Shown one piece after another: positions 22,601 to 35,606 of a stretch of DNA of 39,694 bases (its first letter is position 1; the number at the start of each line of letters is the position of its first letter). The stretch is taken from the NCBI GenBank assembly GCA_000826855.1, contig JTLS01000034.1, positions 1 through 39,694 on the forward strand. Direction: 5' to 3'. The translations under genes were made by a program, and so were the position numbers. The DNA comes from Basidioascus undulatus (lineage: Eukaryota). The notes beneath the pieces were generated by a model. That model saw only the letters and a list, made by a program, of their open reading frames with translations, did not search any database and was not told the DNA's origin.

Positions 22601-23304
22601 TGGGTGTACATGTGCGTCTTCCCTTGCTTTGTGCTCTCTGATCGTGCTGGGATCCTGAACTGCTGCGCGCCCGCGCTTGCTCGCACAGGATGACTATCGC
22701 CTTCGTCGACTTCAACGGTGTCGTTCCTGAGAAGGTACGCCTTGTCTGGTGTTGCTCAGACGGCATCCCACGCTCATGGTACCTGCTGGGTTACAGTTCG
22801 ATGCGGTGAAGGTGAGTTGGATCTTGGCTGGTTTCGCACCGTATGACTCCTGCTGATGGCATGATACCGCAGCTGAGCCACATGGTCGACGCCGAGTACG
22901 GCAACCAAGGTCTCGACTTCAAGATGGTCCCGCGGGAGGGCTTTGGCTGGACCAATTGTACGTCATATGCTTGCCCAATTTACCCTTCGGTCAGACGATA
23001 CAGCTGACAACCCGCATCGCACAGCGTCCTTCCAAGTCGGACTGACCTTCCTCACGCAGCACATGCGCAAGGCCGTCTCGGTCTGCACGTCTCCCGAGGT
23101 GAGTGCTTCTCACGCAGGTTCTCAATGCGGGCATCCGAGACGGATTGCTGATGCTTGTGCGGTTGGATTCAGATCTTCTTCTCCCGCGCAGGCGTCAACA
23201 CCGCCGCACAGCGGCAGGAGGAGGAGGCCGCCGAGACCGTCGAGAAGGCGCTTCAGTCCTCCGCTGCGGCCGCGAACAAGAGCAAGAACGCTGCGGCTTC
23301 CTAA
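19631..23304 (+). CDS. NTH1: Neutral trehalase (GH37) with N-terminal Ca2+-binding motif, many introns
   Basis: PKA-type sites RTRTFS and [101 protein letters not shown]...EGFGWTN. Stop TAA at 23302-23304. Confidence 0.97.
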
Positions 23305-23512
23305 TCCACACCACTTCCCAGACTCCATGTTCCTCTTCTTCGTCCTTGCTTGCCGCCTTGTTTTCCCCTTCGTTCTGCCGTTCCTTTCTCGCACTCTTCG
23401 CATTGCATTTTCCTTCCGTAGATATCCCCGTTCAGGCGGTGTAGTAGTGCAATTGAAGCTGAAGCGCTGTCCCTTGACGCAAACAAATCGAAATGAAACG
23501 AAACGATTTTGA

Positions 23513-23957
23513 TTATCGTGTACCGTTGTTTGACGGCTCCTTGATCGTCAGCCCTTGGACAGATACAGGAAGGAGCATGCCCAAATCGACCGCATCCCCC
23601 GCGCTGTACTCGGACTCGGAACGCTGAAGCATCCAGGCGTCCCGGTCGATCGAAGCGACTGCTGCGCGTAGGGCGGCTTGTACTTGAGAGAAGAGTTGCA
23701 CTGCGATGTTTCGTGTTTCGGAGCGTCAGCACGCGGAGAACTCCAACATATCGTCAAACTTTCTTCGTACTCTTGTCTTGAGTCTCATGATGCCCCGCAG
23801 GCACCTTGGGCAAGAGAGGGGACAGGTTTGCGTATCGCTCGGAGTCGGGCGGGTGGTCCAGACGCAGGCGCTTGAGCGCCGCGGCGGACGCGAGATCGTA
23901 CGAGTTTGGGCCGATGTAGGACGTTTCGGGCGCGAAGGAGGATTCGGGCGCGGTCAT
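23513..23957 (-). CDS. Small hypothetical protein (~124 aa, 2 exons)
   Basis: ATG 23957. Intron 23770-23701 (GTACGA...GCTGAC...CAG) joins MTAPESSFAPET...ETQDK in frame to MQLFSQVQAALRAAVASIDRDAWML...NNGTR*. The gene is head-to-head with the RING ligase gene. Confidence 0.55.
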
Positions 23958-24375
23958 GAGATGGGGATGGGACGCGGGGGTGATGGTGGTGGTTCGGCGA
24001 GAAGGGAAGCACACGACCGGCTCCGTTTTCTGACACGACCCGCAGCTTGCAGTGTGCGTACAGGGTGGCGTGCCGATCCTTACGGCTCTGATATTTCTGC
24101 AGAAATAGCCAGTCAGATGTTTTATTAATGTCAAACTGGGCTAAAATGGTTTAGGGAAATTGGCAGGGAGTCATGTTGTTGTTTGCCGATCTGTCAGTAC
24201 ATAGCTGACTCGTCTCTAGCGTGACCTCGCTGTCAACCATTGATGGTGTCCAGAACCGGCTTCCTGGTTGCTCGCGACCGTCATCTCCTCGCTATCAAGC
24301 AACAGCGCTGTCAATGCTCACCTAGACGGCCCCGCCGATCCCCTTCGAACCAGCGCCCACAGTCCTCCTCGCCTC

Positions 24376-27300
24376 ATGGACGCAGGCGGTGGTCCAACGG
24401 CGCCAGGCGCACAGCCTCAGCGCGGCGGCGGAGCGCCCTCCCTCTTTCTCATGTTCATGATCTTCTGGGTCATGAACCAGGGCGGCGGGGTTGACCCCAC
24501 TGCTCAGCTCGCGCTTCGTACGTGGCCCCTTGCGAAGGAGGGTGATGGTGGAAGGGAGCTCGGTTGACAGGCGGGCGGGCAGGGGACGCGATCAAGCTGA
24601 AGGAAACGCAGCTGTCGGACTACCGGGGATGGATTAATGGGACTGCCAGTAACTTTACATTGGTGAGTAACTCAGTCTGTGCCTGTGAAACCTCGAGTCC
24701 CCGCTGAACGCCCGATCCAGGACGCCCTGCCACCGGCTCTCACAGCCATCGTGGCGGACACGCTGCCACTACACCCTCCCGTGTCCACCTTCTGGCAGAA
24801 CACCACGGGCTTCTACCGGGGCTCAGCAATCGCTCTCTCCATTCCCGCTCCCTTCAATTCTTCCGACCTTTTCCTCAATGCCACGTCCCCCAACCCGACA
24901 GCGCCCAACGCGACGGCGCCCAGCCCGGAGCTGTCCGAGCGCGTGGCGGGAGAGGCGATGTTCGACTGGCGGAATGGCACGGCGCAGGCTGAGATGAGCT
25001 GGAGAGAGCGGGAAGCTGTAGGCTGGCCGGGAGCGAGCTTGGTCAAGGTATTTAGTTTCGTAGGCTGTGAGGGGCGAACGGGTATGGAATCTCATTTGGT
25101 GGTACAGGGCTCGCTCGACATGGTGGATGCCAAATCCGAGAAGAAGGTGCAGGTCGAGCTTGACGGCCTGCATTACCACCGGGACGGCTCGTTCTTCATG
25201 CTCGGAGCACCTCAAGGGTACGCATTTTGCCGACGGGCGACACACTGCACTGCCCATACTCATCTGCCTTTTCCCGAACGACAGACACGAGTCCGATCTC
25301 CGGCAACTTCCTGAGCTCTTACCGAACACCACCGAAGTCCGCAATCTCAGCGGGCACGCCGTCGCCGCCGAGCTCGAACGGCGCCTCCAGCGACTCTACC
25401 ACGACTCTCTGTCCGACTCTCTGTCATCCCTTCGTGCGCCCAGAGTTCCTTAAGATCTCGCCCAAAACGTGATGCTGACTTATTCCAATCATCGCAGCCT
25501 CGACATCCACCCACATCTCCAACTGCACCTTCGCCGCCTTCTTCAGGCTCCGGCCGCTCGACGCCTCTCTGCCCCCGCACCGACTGCGCGAGTACGAGCG
25601 CGAGATGCGCGCGCCCACGGGCGCGAGCACCATTGCGCGTCCGCCGATGGATCTCGACGGCGTGCTATGGAGCAATTGTGGTGTTCTGTGGAAGTTAGGG
25701 AAGATGGAGGGACTGCCGTGAGTTACAGCGCACGCCCAGACGCGTCACGGTGTAGCTTACCGGTCTTCTTTCGCTCCAGGCTCGATACCTTCTGGGATCG
25801 CGTGACTACCTGTGAGATGATTGCGGACACGACATTCTTCAGTCAGCTTACATTCGGGAGGGCTTGGGCAGTCGCGCTCCTGTCTACCCTCGCCCACCTC
25901 GCCCTCGTCCTTCTCCTCATCAACCAAATGGCCTTCACGCGCAGCGTTCTCTCCGTCCTCAAAGTCTCTTTCGTCTCCGTCATCGCGCAGACCATCATCG
26001 ACACTTACTCAGCCCTAGCGGTGAGTCAACCACCGTCGAAACGCCCGCTGAACTCCTCAGCTGACCTTTGTCAGCACTGCCGTCTAGCACATCGCCTTTG
26101 TCGTAGCGGATAACCACACGATGGCCATGTCCCTCGTCGTCCCAGGCTTCCTCGCAGTCCTCCTCGTCGCGGCCTTTGGTATGCGCTACGCGCTCCTCAT
26201 CTACCAGGTCCAGCTCTCGGAGGACCGAAGCGTCACGGCCCCGGCAGCTGCGCCACCACCTGCGCCACCACCTGCCGCCGCACCTCCAGCGACAGACGCC
26301 GAACGACCAGTCGCACCCGCGACGTCCACTCTGCCTGGGTCGTTCCCCGACGCGTCCCCAACCCCGGCTGCTCCTCCCGCAGCTGCAGCTCCGAACGCCG
26401 CCGCTGCCCCACCAGCAGGCGCTGCTCTGCCTGCGGCCGCCCTTCCTACGGCTGGTCCACGGCTGTCAGCGGGAGACTTTGGCGCGTTGCTGTATCGCTT
26501 CTGTGAGTCTACCTCGAACCAATCCGTGAAACTCTCCGTCGCTGAACCTTCCCTGCTAGACATCATTCTTATCTGTCTTGCCGTCTTCATCCTGGAGCTC
26601 ACCGTAATGCCGTTCTTACTCTGGCTCCTCCGGGCGACGCTGTACTCCTTCTGGGTCCCCCAAATCTGGCGTAACGCCAAGCGCGGGAGCCGCGGCGGGC
26701 TCAGAATCTCGTACATCGTCGGCACGAGCGCGGCGCGACTGGTTTTGCCGGTTTGTGAGAGGGATTTCATTTCTGCCCTCCCGTTTCAGCCACGAACAGC
26801 GCAACTGATTGGAGGTGTGGGTTTATTAGACGCTTACGCGAACAAGAACAACGTGCTCTTCTTCGAGCCGTCGCGTGAGTTGTTCTTCCCCCCCGCGCTT
26901 GTTGCGAAGCGCATACTGACTCTGGATCGCAGGCGCCATCTGGTACCTCGTTCTGTGGGTCGGGCTGCAAACCCTGATGCTGCTCGGACAAGAGTACCTG
27001 GGGCCGTGCTTCTTCCTTCCTCACCGCGTACGTGTCCTTCTGTGACTTTCTCATGTCCGCTGCGGCGGCTTACGCTTCCGTCCACAGTACCGCCCGCAAG
27101 GCTCCTACTCTTATGATTACTTCCCGATCCTCCCCCCGCCCGACCCTGAGGCGCCTGAACAGTCATATGGCGACTGCGCGGTGCGTCTCCGCCACTCCAG
27201 AGCGTGAGCACATATCTTCGTTCGAGCTGATAGAAGTGGTGGGTTTGGACAGATCTGCATGGAACCGATCCTGCTGGACTCGAGCACGAAGGCGTCTGTC

Positions 27301-27537
27301 GAGCGGAGCCTCAGCATGGGCGTCGGCCAGGGTGTCAAGAAGCCTTACATGGTGTGTTTTGATTATTCTCTCGAGCCTTCTTCCCCTGGCTTGTTTTTTT
27401 TTTTCTCACGCAATGCACGCTGGGTGCTCGGATAGGTGACGCCTTGCCAGCATCGCTTCCATTCCTGGTGTCTCGAGCGGTGGCTGCAGCAGAAGACCAT
27501 CTGCCCACAGTGTCGACGCCCGCTCCCGCCTATCTAG
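24376..27537 (+). CDS. TUL1: Transmembrane RING-H2 E3 ubiquitin ligase, Tul1/Dsc1 family
   Basis: N-terminal hydrophobic segment; luminal domain with FWQNTTGFYRG and several N-x-S/T sites; several TM helices; family-typical YSFWVPQIWRN; C-terminal CAICMEPI...VTPCQHRFHSWCLERWLQQKTICPQCRRPLPPI*. Confidence 0.9.
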
Positions 27538-27908
27538 TTTTCTGTTTGTTTCCTTTATGTTCTGTCTGTTTCCTTTCTGTTCTGCCCCTACAGTGGCTTG
27601 CATCGCATGATACCCATTGTACGACGGAGATGGATGAAATGACCTTTGACTGCAACTCGAATGCAACGTCGGTGGAGGGGCGGAAATGACCCGCGGGTGA
27701 TATATTAAGTGGATTTAGAGAGGGCAAAATGCCCTCTCCTGCACGAGGCTTCTCTGGAGGTTGGGCGAAGGAGAGGGGCAATGGGAGTAACTCCGCAAAA
27801 GTACAGCAACCTCTCTCCGAGCATAAATGTGCATTTAACCATCGCGGGGGCAATGATACACAGCAAGCTTGGAACGCTCAATGAATGGCTACATTTCATG
27901 AAGTTACT

Positions 27909-28826
27909 TCAATCTTTGCAGTAATACAGAGTGAGGCCAAGGTCGTCCTGCCCGCAGGATGTGTTGGAGCCGTCTGCATGCATATCTAAAAGATTCTGGG
28001 TGTCAGTCGCAGGAAACGCTCGGCTCTTCGTCAATCGCGCCCTTATTTACCTCCGACAGGGTATGCCTGGTCGTTCGCGCAGTTGGCGCTGAAGCACGTC
28101 TTGGTCTGGCAGCCGTCCTGCGAAGAAGGCACGACTTTCTGGCCGATGGTGAAGCCTTGCGTGGTGGGTTCAATACAGATGGTCAGCTCTACATCCCCGG
28201 TCCTCGTGTGGACAAGCAAGCTCACCCTGGATGCTACTGAGGTCGTATGACTGCTTTGTCGCAGTGTCGCCGTTGTCTGAACCGCAATCGATCAGCGTCA
28301 ACAGTGGAAAACAAGCTAGCTGCGGGACAGGATACCCACCGAAGTTGAACTCGAGCAGGGAGCACCCCCATCCCTCTGATCCACACGAGCCGTTCTGATG
28401 GAAAAGGCGACCGACCCACTGTTGGATCATGACTTGAGCTCACAAGGGACCCGGTTAAGCGGCAGCTGGCAGGCTTACGTTGTTCGGGATGTTGAAAACT
28501 CCCTCCTTGCCCGGTTCAACGGTTATCGACCCGGGGCCGTCGTATATGCTCGTTTGACGGCACCGGGCTATGGAAAAAGAGAGTATCCGTGATTATTGCG
28601 GAAGAGGTGGAGGATATGACAGTCGACATACCGGTTGAGTAAGAGCAGGAGGTGCCGTTCACCGTAGGAGTAACAGCATAGTCGCAGTTGTTGATGACCT
28701 GATACGCATGTCTGAGTAAGCATAGGATGTGAGAAGTTCTAGTATTCTAGGTACGGTGATGCGGTGATCAGCCCACACGAGGCCAGCCAGAGCGGTGATT
28801 GTAAAGACAGTATAGAGGTTCCTCAT
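27909..28826 (-). CDS. Small secreted thaumatin/osmotin-like protein, multi-exon
   Basis: Spliced MRNLYTVFTITALAGLVWA|DHRITVINNCDYAVTP...IPNNWVGRLFHQNGSCGSEGWGCSLLEFNF...QSYDLSSIQGFTIG...CQTKTCFSANC...LTLYYCKD*. It has a signal peptide and the NNC / WxGR / LxEF / YDxSxxxGF thaumatin motifs. All introns are canonical and the frame is intact. Confidence 0.8.
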
Positions 28827-30356
28827 TGTCGATTGTCGGTGGGATGCCGTGGCGCCAGCCCCAAATGTTACCGAGGGATGAGCAAGGATTAAAAACGCGC
28901 TGAAGTAACTGGGAAATTGTGGAAGAAAAGAGAGCAGCGAAGCAGGCGTAGAGCTCTTTCTGAATTCATGCCAAGAGGGGCAGCGAAGGGTACTGCTTCA
29001 CCGCAGCGTTTCATCTAGACAAGTTTCGCACTCGTACCGGCGACCCTCGAATAAGGCGACGTGCTCCAAGGAGATGTGAAAAATTATACACTGCGTTTGA
29101 AACAAGCGTTGCCCAAAGTGTAAAAAGGGCGGACGGATACGGGAAAGCACGCAAATCCAGGTGAGGGACCGACGCTTGAAGTATCACTGAAGTGCACGAG
29201 CAAGGAGGAGAAGGAGAAAGAGCGCAGTTTCGTGAGACTCAATTAAAAGGGGATGGATGAGCATCTTGAGGTATGGGATGCTGCAATGCTACTGCAATAC
29301 AGAAAAGATACGCAACTTCGCCAGCACCGGCCCTGCTTGTTGGCCACGGCTCGAGAGCCGGACTTCATCGAACTTGCGGACTCGTGGACCCATGAAACCC
29401 TCATACCTTTTCCTCTCTCATATATCTCCTCCCTGGGAGGACGTGATTGCGAAGCGGATAAGATGCGATAAGAAGGAGGCTGAATCTCAGCTCCCCTCGC
29501 CCTTGCCCCATCACTTGGTCCACCTGCCTCCTCTACAAGCCTGAGGCATACACGCTATCTACGTACAACATTAGTGTTGTGGCATGTTTTCTGGAAGAGT
29601 ACCGGCGAGAGATATTCAGGCTTCATGCTGCGAGCACTTGCGAGCACCGACGCGCCGACAGCAGCTGCAGGGTGCAAGGTGCAGCGTGCTCATACGCAAC
29701 AGATGGTTTCTTTTGGTGTTAATTGCTGCGGCAATGTTTTTTTAGTGCTATGAGTGAAAGTGAGCGTTTCTGCACGCCCGTTTCAGTCTGCCAACAACTC
29801 CGCGGAGAGTCCCGGCCAAAAAGAGCTCGTCCAGGCCTCGACGGGATGACGATGGAGCGCGGAAGTATCGGCAAAGCTTTCTTGCCTGAATGCTAGTCTG
29901 CGTTGTCCAGTAGCTTTAAATTGCGTGTTCTGAGGTAATTTCTACTTCTTAAAGACAAAGGCGACTTCCTGCATGCTGAAAGAGCGATCACGGCCTACAG
30001 GTGGCTGCAGACGATGGTCGAAAGGGTTGAGAAGACGAAGAATTACGCACGAACCTTCTTGAGCACGTGGCGTTCACGTCAAGATCCAGGCACAGCGACA
30101 GCTTGGAAGTTTACCGGCTATAGCTAATTGGTGCTGGATAAGATTCAGATTCTGGGTGTCGATCCTTCGAATACCTATGTGGTACTGAGGCGGGGCTGTG
30201 GATCCTGCCTGGATCCCCTTCCTCCGCTTCCCACCTCCTCCAGCAATTCATCTGCACTTGCGCCTCCTGCACAGGCCAGTCTACGCCTCATCCTCCGGCT
30301 CTTACCACCTTTGCAGGCAATCAGCCTCCGCGTGCGCTCGAGGCAAACATGTGAGT

Positions 30357-33300
30357 ATGTACCCGGCACTGACGCAGCAGCAGGTCGTCATCTCCGCCGT
30401 TCGCTTACACCTGCCGTCCGAGCACAGGCCCGCGAAAGCGCTGCGATTTGCGCCACACCTGCCGACGCGACTGAGCTCGTTCTTGACTGAGGTCCAGTCG
30501 CGCTTGATCCCGTCCTCATCGCCGTCGACATCCGAATCTGCGATCGATGGGAACACCACTGTCGGCTCCTCCTCTGTCGGCGTACCTCGTACGCGCCATC
30601 CGCGCTCATCCTCCCCTACCCGCAAGGAGGACGACGACGCGCCCGTGAGCCATATCGTGGTTGATGCGGACTGGTCTGTGGTCGCTGTCGAGCCATACCA
30701 GCTTAGCAACGGCGAGGCGCTCTCCACGCGCGGCGAGAGCAGCAAGATGACAGCTCGGACGGGGGTCACTGGTGGCAGCGAGGCGGGATCCTGGGTTGCG
30801 GCATGGTGGGAGCGCACGCCGGTGTACACTTTCGTCGTCCGCCGAGCATACCCTCTTACTGTCCACTTCTTCCGCTCGTCGTTCTCGGAGCCCAAGAAGG
30901 AGGAGGCATTCATGAAGGAGGTGCGTGTTTCATCTGTTGGGTTTGTTGCGCAGGGACAGGTGGCTTATCGGAAGAGGATCGCCAGGCTTGGTTCTTGATG
31001 AAGCCGGCGGCCCTTTTATGCTCCGTCTTCTATCTCGTCGTTTACATACTAGCATGCGCGTTGTGCGTTCAAGCTTTCGCGTGTGCTGCCAAGGGTGGGA
31101 GTGGTGACTGATACTTACCGACGAAGCGCAGCGTTCCGCGACCGTGGTCGAGCTGGTACTACGCCGTCTATATAGGACTCTGCCTCACATGTGTCCTCCC
31201 GCTCCTCCCCCTCCTCGCCTACGATACGCCTCGTCGTAGGCCCCTGCTCTATCAGCCGCTTCTTTTCCTGGCCACGTGCGTCTCTACCTCGTCACCAGCT
31301 CTTTTTTTGCGCCCGCACCTGACGCACGCACATGGATCACAGCTGGAGCTGGGCATTTGCGATCGTGGCCGAGTTGAAATTTTGCGGGGCGCTACAAAAT
31401 GGATACTCGACGCATTGCCCAGGGCGCGTCTTCGACTCGGTCTTCTTGTGCGACCTAATCTCGTCATTATGTAATGGGTTTATCTGCTAACCATGCAAAA
31501 ACCTTCGCAGCTATGCTACCGGTTTGCCAACGCTGTCTGCGTTGGTACTCGGTCAGCAGCGCATCTACATGTTTGCGGGTGCGGTGGGATGGGCGATTTG
31601 TGAGCGTTTCCTTGATACTCTCTCGAGCGCCATTCCTCCTCACCTCGACACCTTAGACACCGGAGTCTCAGTCACGCCTGAAAGAAGGAGCTGGATAAGA
31701 AACCTGATCATCTGTCCGTCGCGCCATCATCGTTCACCTTCCGCTGTTACTGACACGCCGTCAACAAGTCATCCTTTACCATGCCTTCTTGCTGGCGATC
31801 TCATATTTCCGCGAAAAGTCCGACCGTCGTCTTTGGTCTCTCCGTGATCAGCTTAAGCATCAGTACCGCGCAACGCAAGCTGCGCAAGTCGCCGAGCGGC
31901 GGGCTTCTGACTCGAAGCGAAAATTTGTCTCGTACGTTGATATCCGCATCGGCGCGTCTTTTTCGAGGCTGACTCCCGGTTGCTTTCAGCTACATTTTCC
32001 ACGAGTATGTAGCCGATGTTGATGGGGTATGTGGAATGTCACTCAGTTCAAGGCGTGTGGTACTACAGGATCAGGGTTCCGCTCAATACCGCTCTCCTTG
32101 CGGTTCAAAATCTTGATGGAGAACGCTGTTTTACCGGTACGTCTGACAGTTATCCAAGCATATTTCAGAGCTAACTCATACGGCCTTCTGGTCAGACATC
32201 TCTTGCGAGCAGCGCGAGATGGTCGATGGCTTGCTGGGTTCGCTTTCCATGATGGAGAAGGTATGCTGCGCTTTCGGTCTTTAGGTCTCCAAATCAGCCG
32301 CTTATTATCATTTCCATCTAGGTCTTGAATGACGTTTTGTCGTTCCACCGGATGGAGAGTGGGAAGGTGAGAGACGAAGGAGCGAAAGCGGGCTGGGCAG
32401 GACGTTCATTGAATCGGCTTGGGCAAACGCAGTTCTCGTACACCCTCAAGCCGTTCGACTTCTCGAAGGTGCATATTTCGTTGGAGTACATTTAAGCTGA
32501 CCGTGGATCGCTAAGAAACGGAGGTGTGGTGGAATGCAGGCTGTCCAGATGGTCGTGCTTGCGCACCGGATGCAGGCGCACCAGTCAAAGCTCCTTCTCT
32601 CCGCCAACATCGACCCCGAGGTCGAGCGGCTCGGCGGTATATTCGTCGGCGACGAGATCCGCTTCAGGCAGGTTCTCGGCAACTTGGTGTCGTACGCCTC
32701 TTACCTTCCCCCTCCGCACCTACCCCTCCCCTCGCCTCCCTTCGTCAGCCCGTGCGCGGGCAGTACACTTACTTCTTTTTCGGTGATGGCCGGACCTAGA
32801 AACGCGTGCAAGTTCACCGAGCACGGGTCGGTGACGATCAACGCCAAACTGCTCCACCCGCGAACACAGGTCGCGCCGGCACCTCTGGACACCCCCCCGA
32901 TGTCGAGCCCGGCAGACTCGTCCAGGACGGACCCCCTGCTCGAGAAGAATGCAGACGAGAAGTACGAGATGACCCCCTCTGGCGCTGCGCCCACGCTCTC
33001 GCGGCGCGCATCGAACGCATCCGCGCGGACTGTCGGACCGGGGGCGGCGCAGCCGCTGCGGACGGACATCGCGATCGTGCGGGTTGACGTGAAGGATACC
33101 GGGCTCGGCCTGCGGTGTGCGGAGGTGGAGGGCCTGTTTAGCCCGTACACGCAGACGGAGGTGGGCAAGCGCCAGGGCGGCAAGGTGTGTAACACTTCAC
33201 CTTTCACTGTAAGGCCCGCTGCTCAGTGGGCTGACAACGTGTGGTATCGAGCAGGGATCTGGGCTTGGCCTCGCGCTGTGCCGACAAATCGTTAAGCTCC

Positions 33301-34603
33301 TCGGCGGACGGCTGGGTGTCAACAGCAGGCACGGCGAGGGCTCGACGTTCTGGTTTGAGCTCCCGTTCGTTCTCCCCCCGCCGAAGGCTCGTAGCGACGG
33401 CGCCGCGGGCGATTATGACCCGAAGCGCCCGAGCTCCTCGGGCGGGAGGAGCATCAAGGAGGTCGACACGTTCGACGGACCTCCGAGCCTGCCGTCCCAT
33501 CCGCCAACACTACCCCAGCTGCCGAATTCTCCCGCCGCTACGTATCAACACCCACAAGCGCTTTCTGAACCGGCATCACCCTTCTCGATGTCCACGCCCT
33601 TGCCGAGCGGTCCGTCCTGCGCTGCTCCCCGCTTGCTGAAGGAATACATGCTGATTCTAGTCTTTGATGTTTGTGACACAGCCGCCTCCGAGACACTGGA
33701 TAACATGCTCGCCTCGCATCCGCCCGCGCTCGTCACGTCGGATTCCGAGTCGACTGCCGTGGCCTCCGACCGCTCGACCTCGTTCTCAGGGCCAGTCGGT
33801 GCGCCGCCGCCCATGCACGTACTTGTGGTTGACGATGACAAGTGCGTGATCGATGGACGTTCTTCACTTGGTCCATGACGCTGATTTGAGGTGGTGGCCA
33901 CCCTTCACCGCACAGGTTAACGCGCATGCTGATGTCCCGAATGCTCGGTGCGTTCCATTGTGCCTCGTCACGGGCTTACAGATTCCTCTTGGTTGCGAAA
34001 CGCTGACGCTTTACGAACATCACAGGCCGGATCGGACATCTTGTCACTTGCGCCGAAGACGGCGAAGCCGGGCTCAACATAATACGAGACTCGGTCGACG
34101 AGTCGAGCAACCATCGCCCACAGTTCGACTGTGTCTTCCTGGATAACCAAGTGCGTCTCTTGCTGCCTCCTTTGCCTCTTCGCAGTCTGTTCAGAGGACT
34201 GATTTAGCTGTCTCCAGATGCCCCGTATGACGGGGGTCGAGGTCGCACGGGAAGTACGACGAATAGCGTGTCCTCTCTATATCTGTGCGTCATTTACGCA
34301 CGTTCACTTTACTCGGCTTGGCAGATGCTAATCGACATCTTTTCGATATTTGCAGGTGGAATCACGGGGAACGCCTTGAAGGAGGATCAAGAAGAGTACA
34401 TCCGAGTACGCCTCTTTCGTCGCGGCTGAAAATCTGCTCCTTATCAGCGACTGACGCGGAACGTACAGGCCGGGGCGGACCAGATCTTGACCAAACCGGC
34501 GAAGGAGGCCGATTTGCGAGTAGCGCTTGACGAGGCCCGGAAACGGTCAGCCGGGCAGACCTCGCCGAAGTGGCCGCCGACCCACGACCCAATGGGCAAG
34601 TGA
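30357..34603 (+). CDS. Membrane-anchored hybrid histidine kinase (multi-TM sensor, HisKA, HATPase_c, receiver); start codon uncertain
   Basis: H-box [28 protein letters not shown]-box [22 protein letters not shown]1 VKDTGLG; F-box LFSPYTQ; G2 [26 protein letters not shown]. Receiver: [28 protein letters not shown]. Stop TGA at 34601-34603. Confidence 0.92.
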
Positions 34604-35606
34604 CCTTCACAATAGCAGGGCCGCTCGTGGCTCTCCTCCGTCGGGCTTTTTGTGTTTGCTGTCTTCGTCCTTGCATCGCTATATCCTTCCACAGGCTATT
34701 GTTTCGTTCCTTATGTCCCACATGACTCGCATCTACGTTCGCTTATACACGCTTCGAACTGCTTTCGTTCTGTTCTAGGTCAATCTCGCATATATCGTCG
34801 CCTACTGTTTTGTCCGTGTATTACTCATTCCTGTACGCACTACTTGTTGGACGCTCCCTCGCACATTCAGCCATGCCCATTCATGGGCGTGCAATGGGTT
34901 TCTGCCAAATAAACATGATCTTCCGTCTGCGCTCGCTTCATCTTTTCAGTAAGTAGCGTGACACATTACCTCGGTAGCAACTAAGAGCTGCAAGACGCTC
35001 TCTTCCCTGCAAGAACGCTGTAAGAACGGCCGACGGACGCAAGGTCGCGGAGGCTTACCCGGCGGAACTCGATGACTTGCTGCCACAGTTGAAGGTACTT
35101 TTGTGATACTTTTTCTAACTCCCCAAATACCATCGGCGATGGCCAACTTGACGGCGAATGTTCGGCCGTTGCTTCATAGTTCTCCACGGCACGGTGTCCA
35201 GTCTGTCTGGACCCGCAGACTTTCCGTCACTTAATTGGCCTCCAGAAGGGTCGTTACTACAAAGTATGCTTCCTAGAGCACCTGCTTATGTGAAGGATAA
35301 AGGCGTAGCATATTCCCTGTCAAAGGTGTTTTCGCAGAGTAGTGCCCGAGAATAATGCTCTGCAACACTCACCCTCGTACGAACAGTTGCTGGGGTCCGC
35401 TGAAAGGCTGATCGCGACATTAGATAAGTTTAATTACAATGCTTGATATTTTCAGTACATACGCCTTGGTGCGCCGGAAAATTTGTGGGGTAAAAAATGT
35501 CAGATGTCGCTGAAACGGCACTGTGCAGCCGAGGGCTCTACCCTTGCCACCTCACTTCGTTCCATCGGCTTGATGTTGAATTTTCATTTAGGTGCCGCCA
35601 CAAGCC

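Noticed and set aside
7053..34603. Opsin plus histidine kinase as a light-sensing two-component system
   Set aside because: The genes are about 22 kb apart with unrelated genes between them. The opsin has pump-type residues and no transducer fusion, so proximity alone is not evidence.
34946..35187. F-box-like scrap (ELEKVSQKYLQLWQQVIEFRRVSL) on the minus strand
   Set aside because: Too short, with no supportable gene model.
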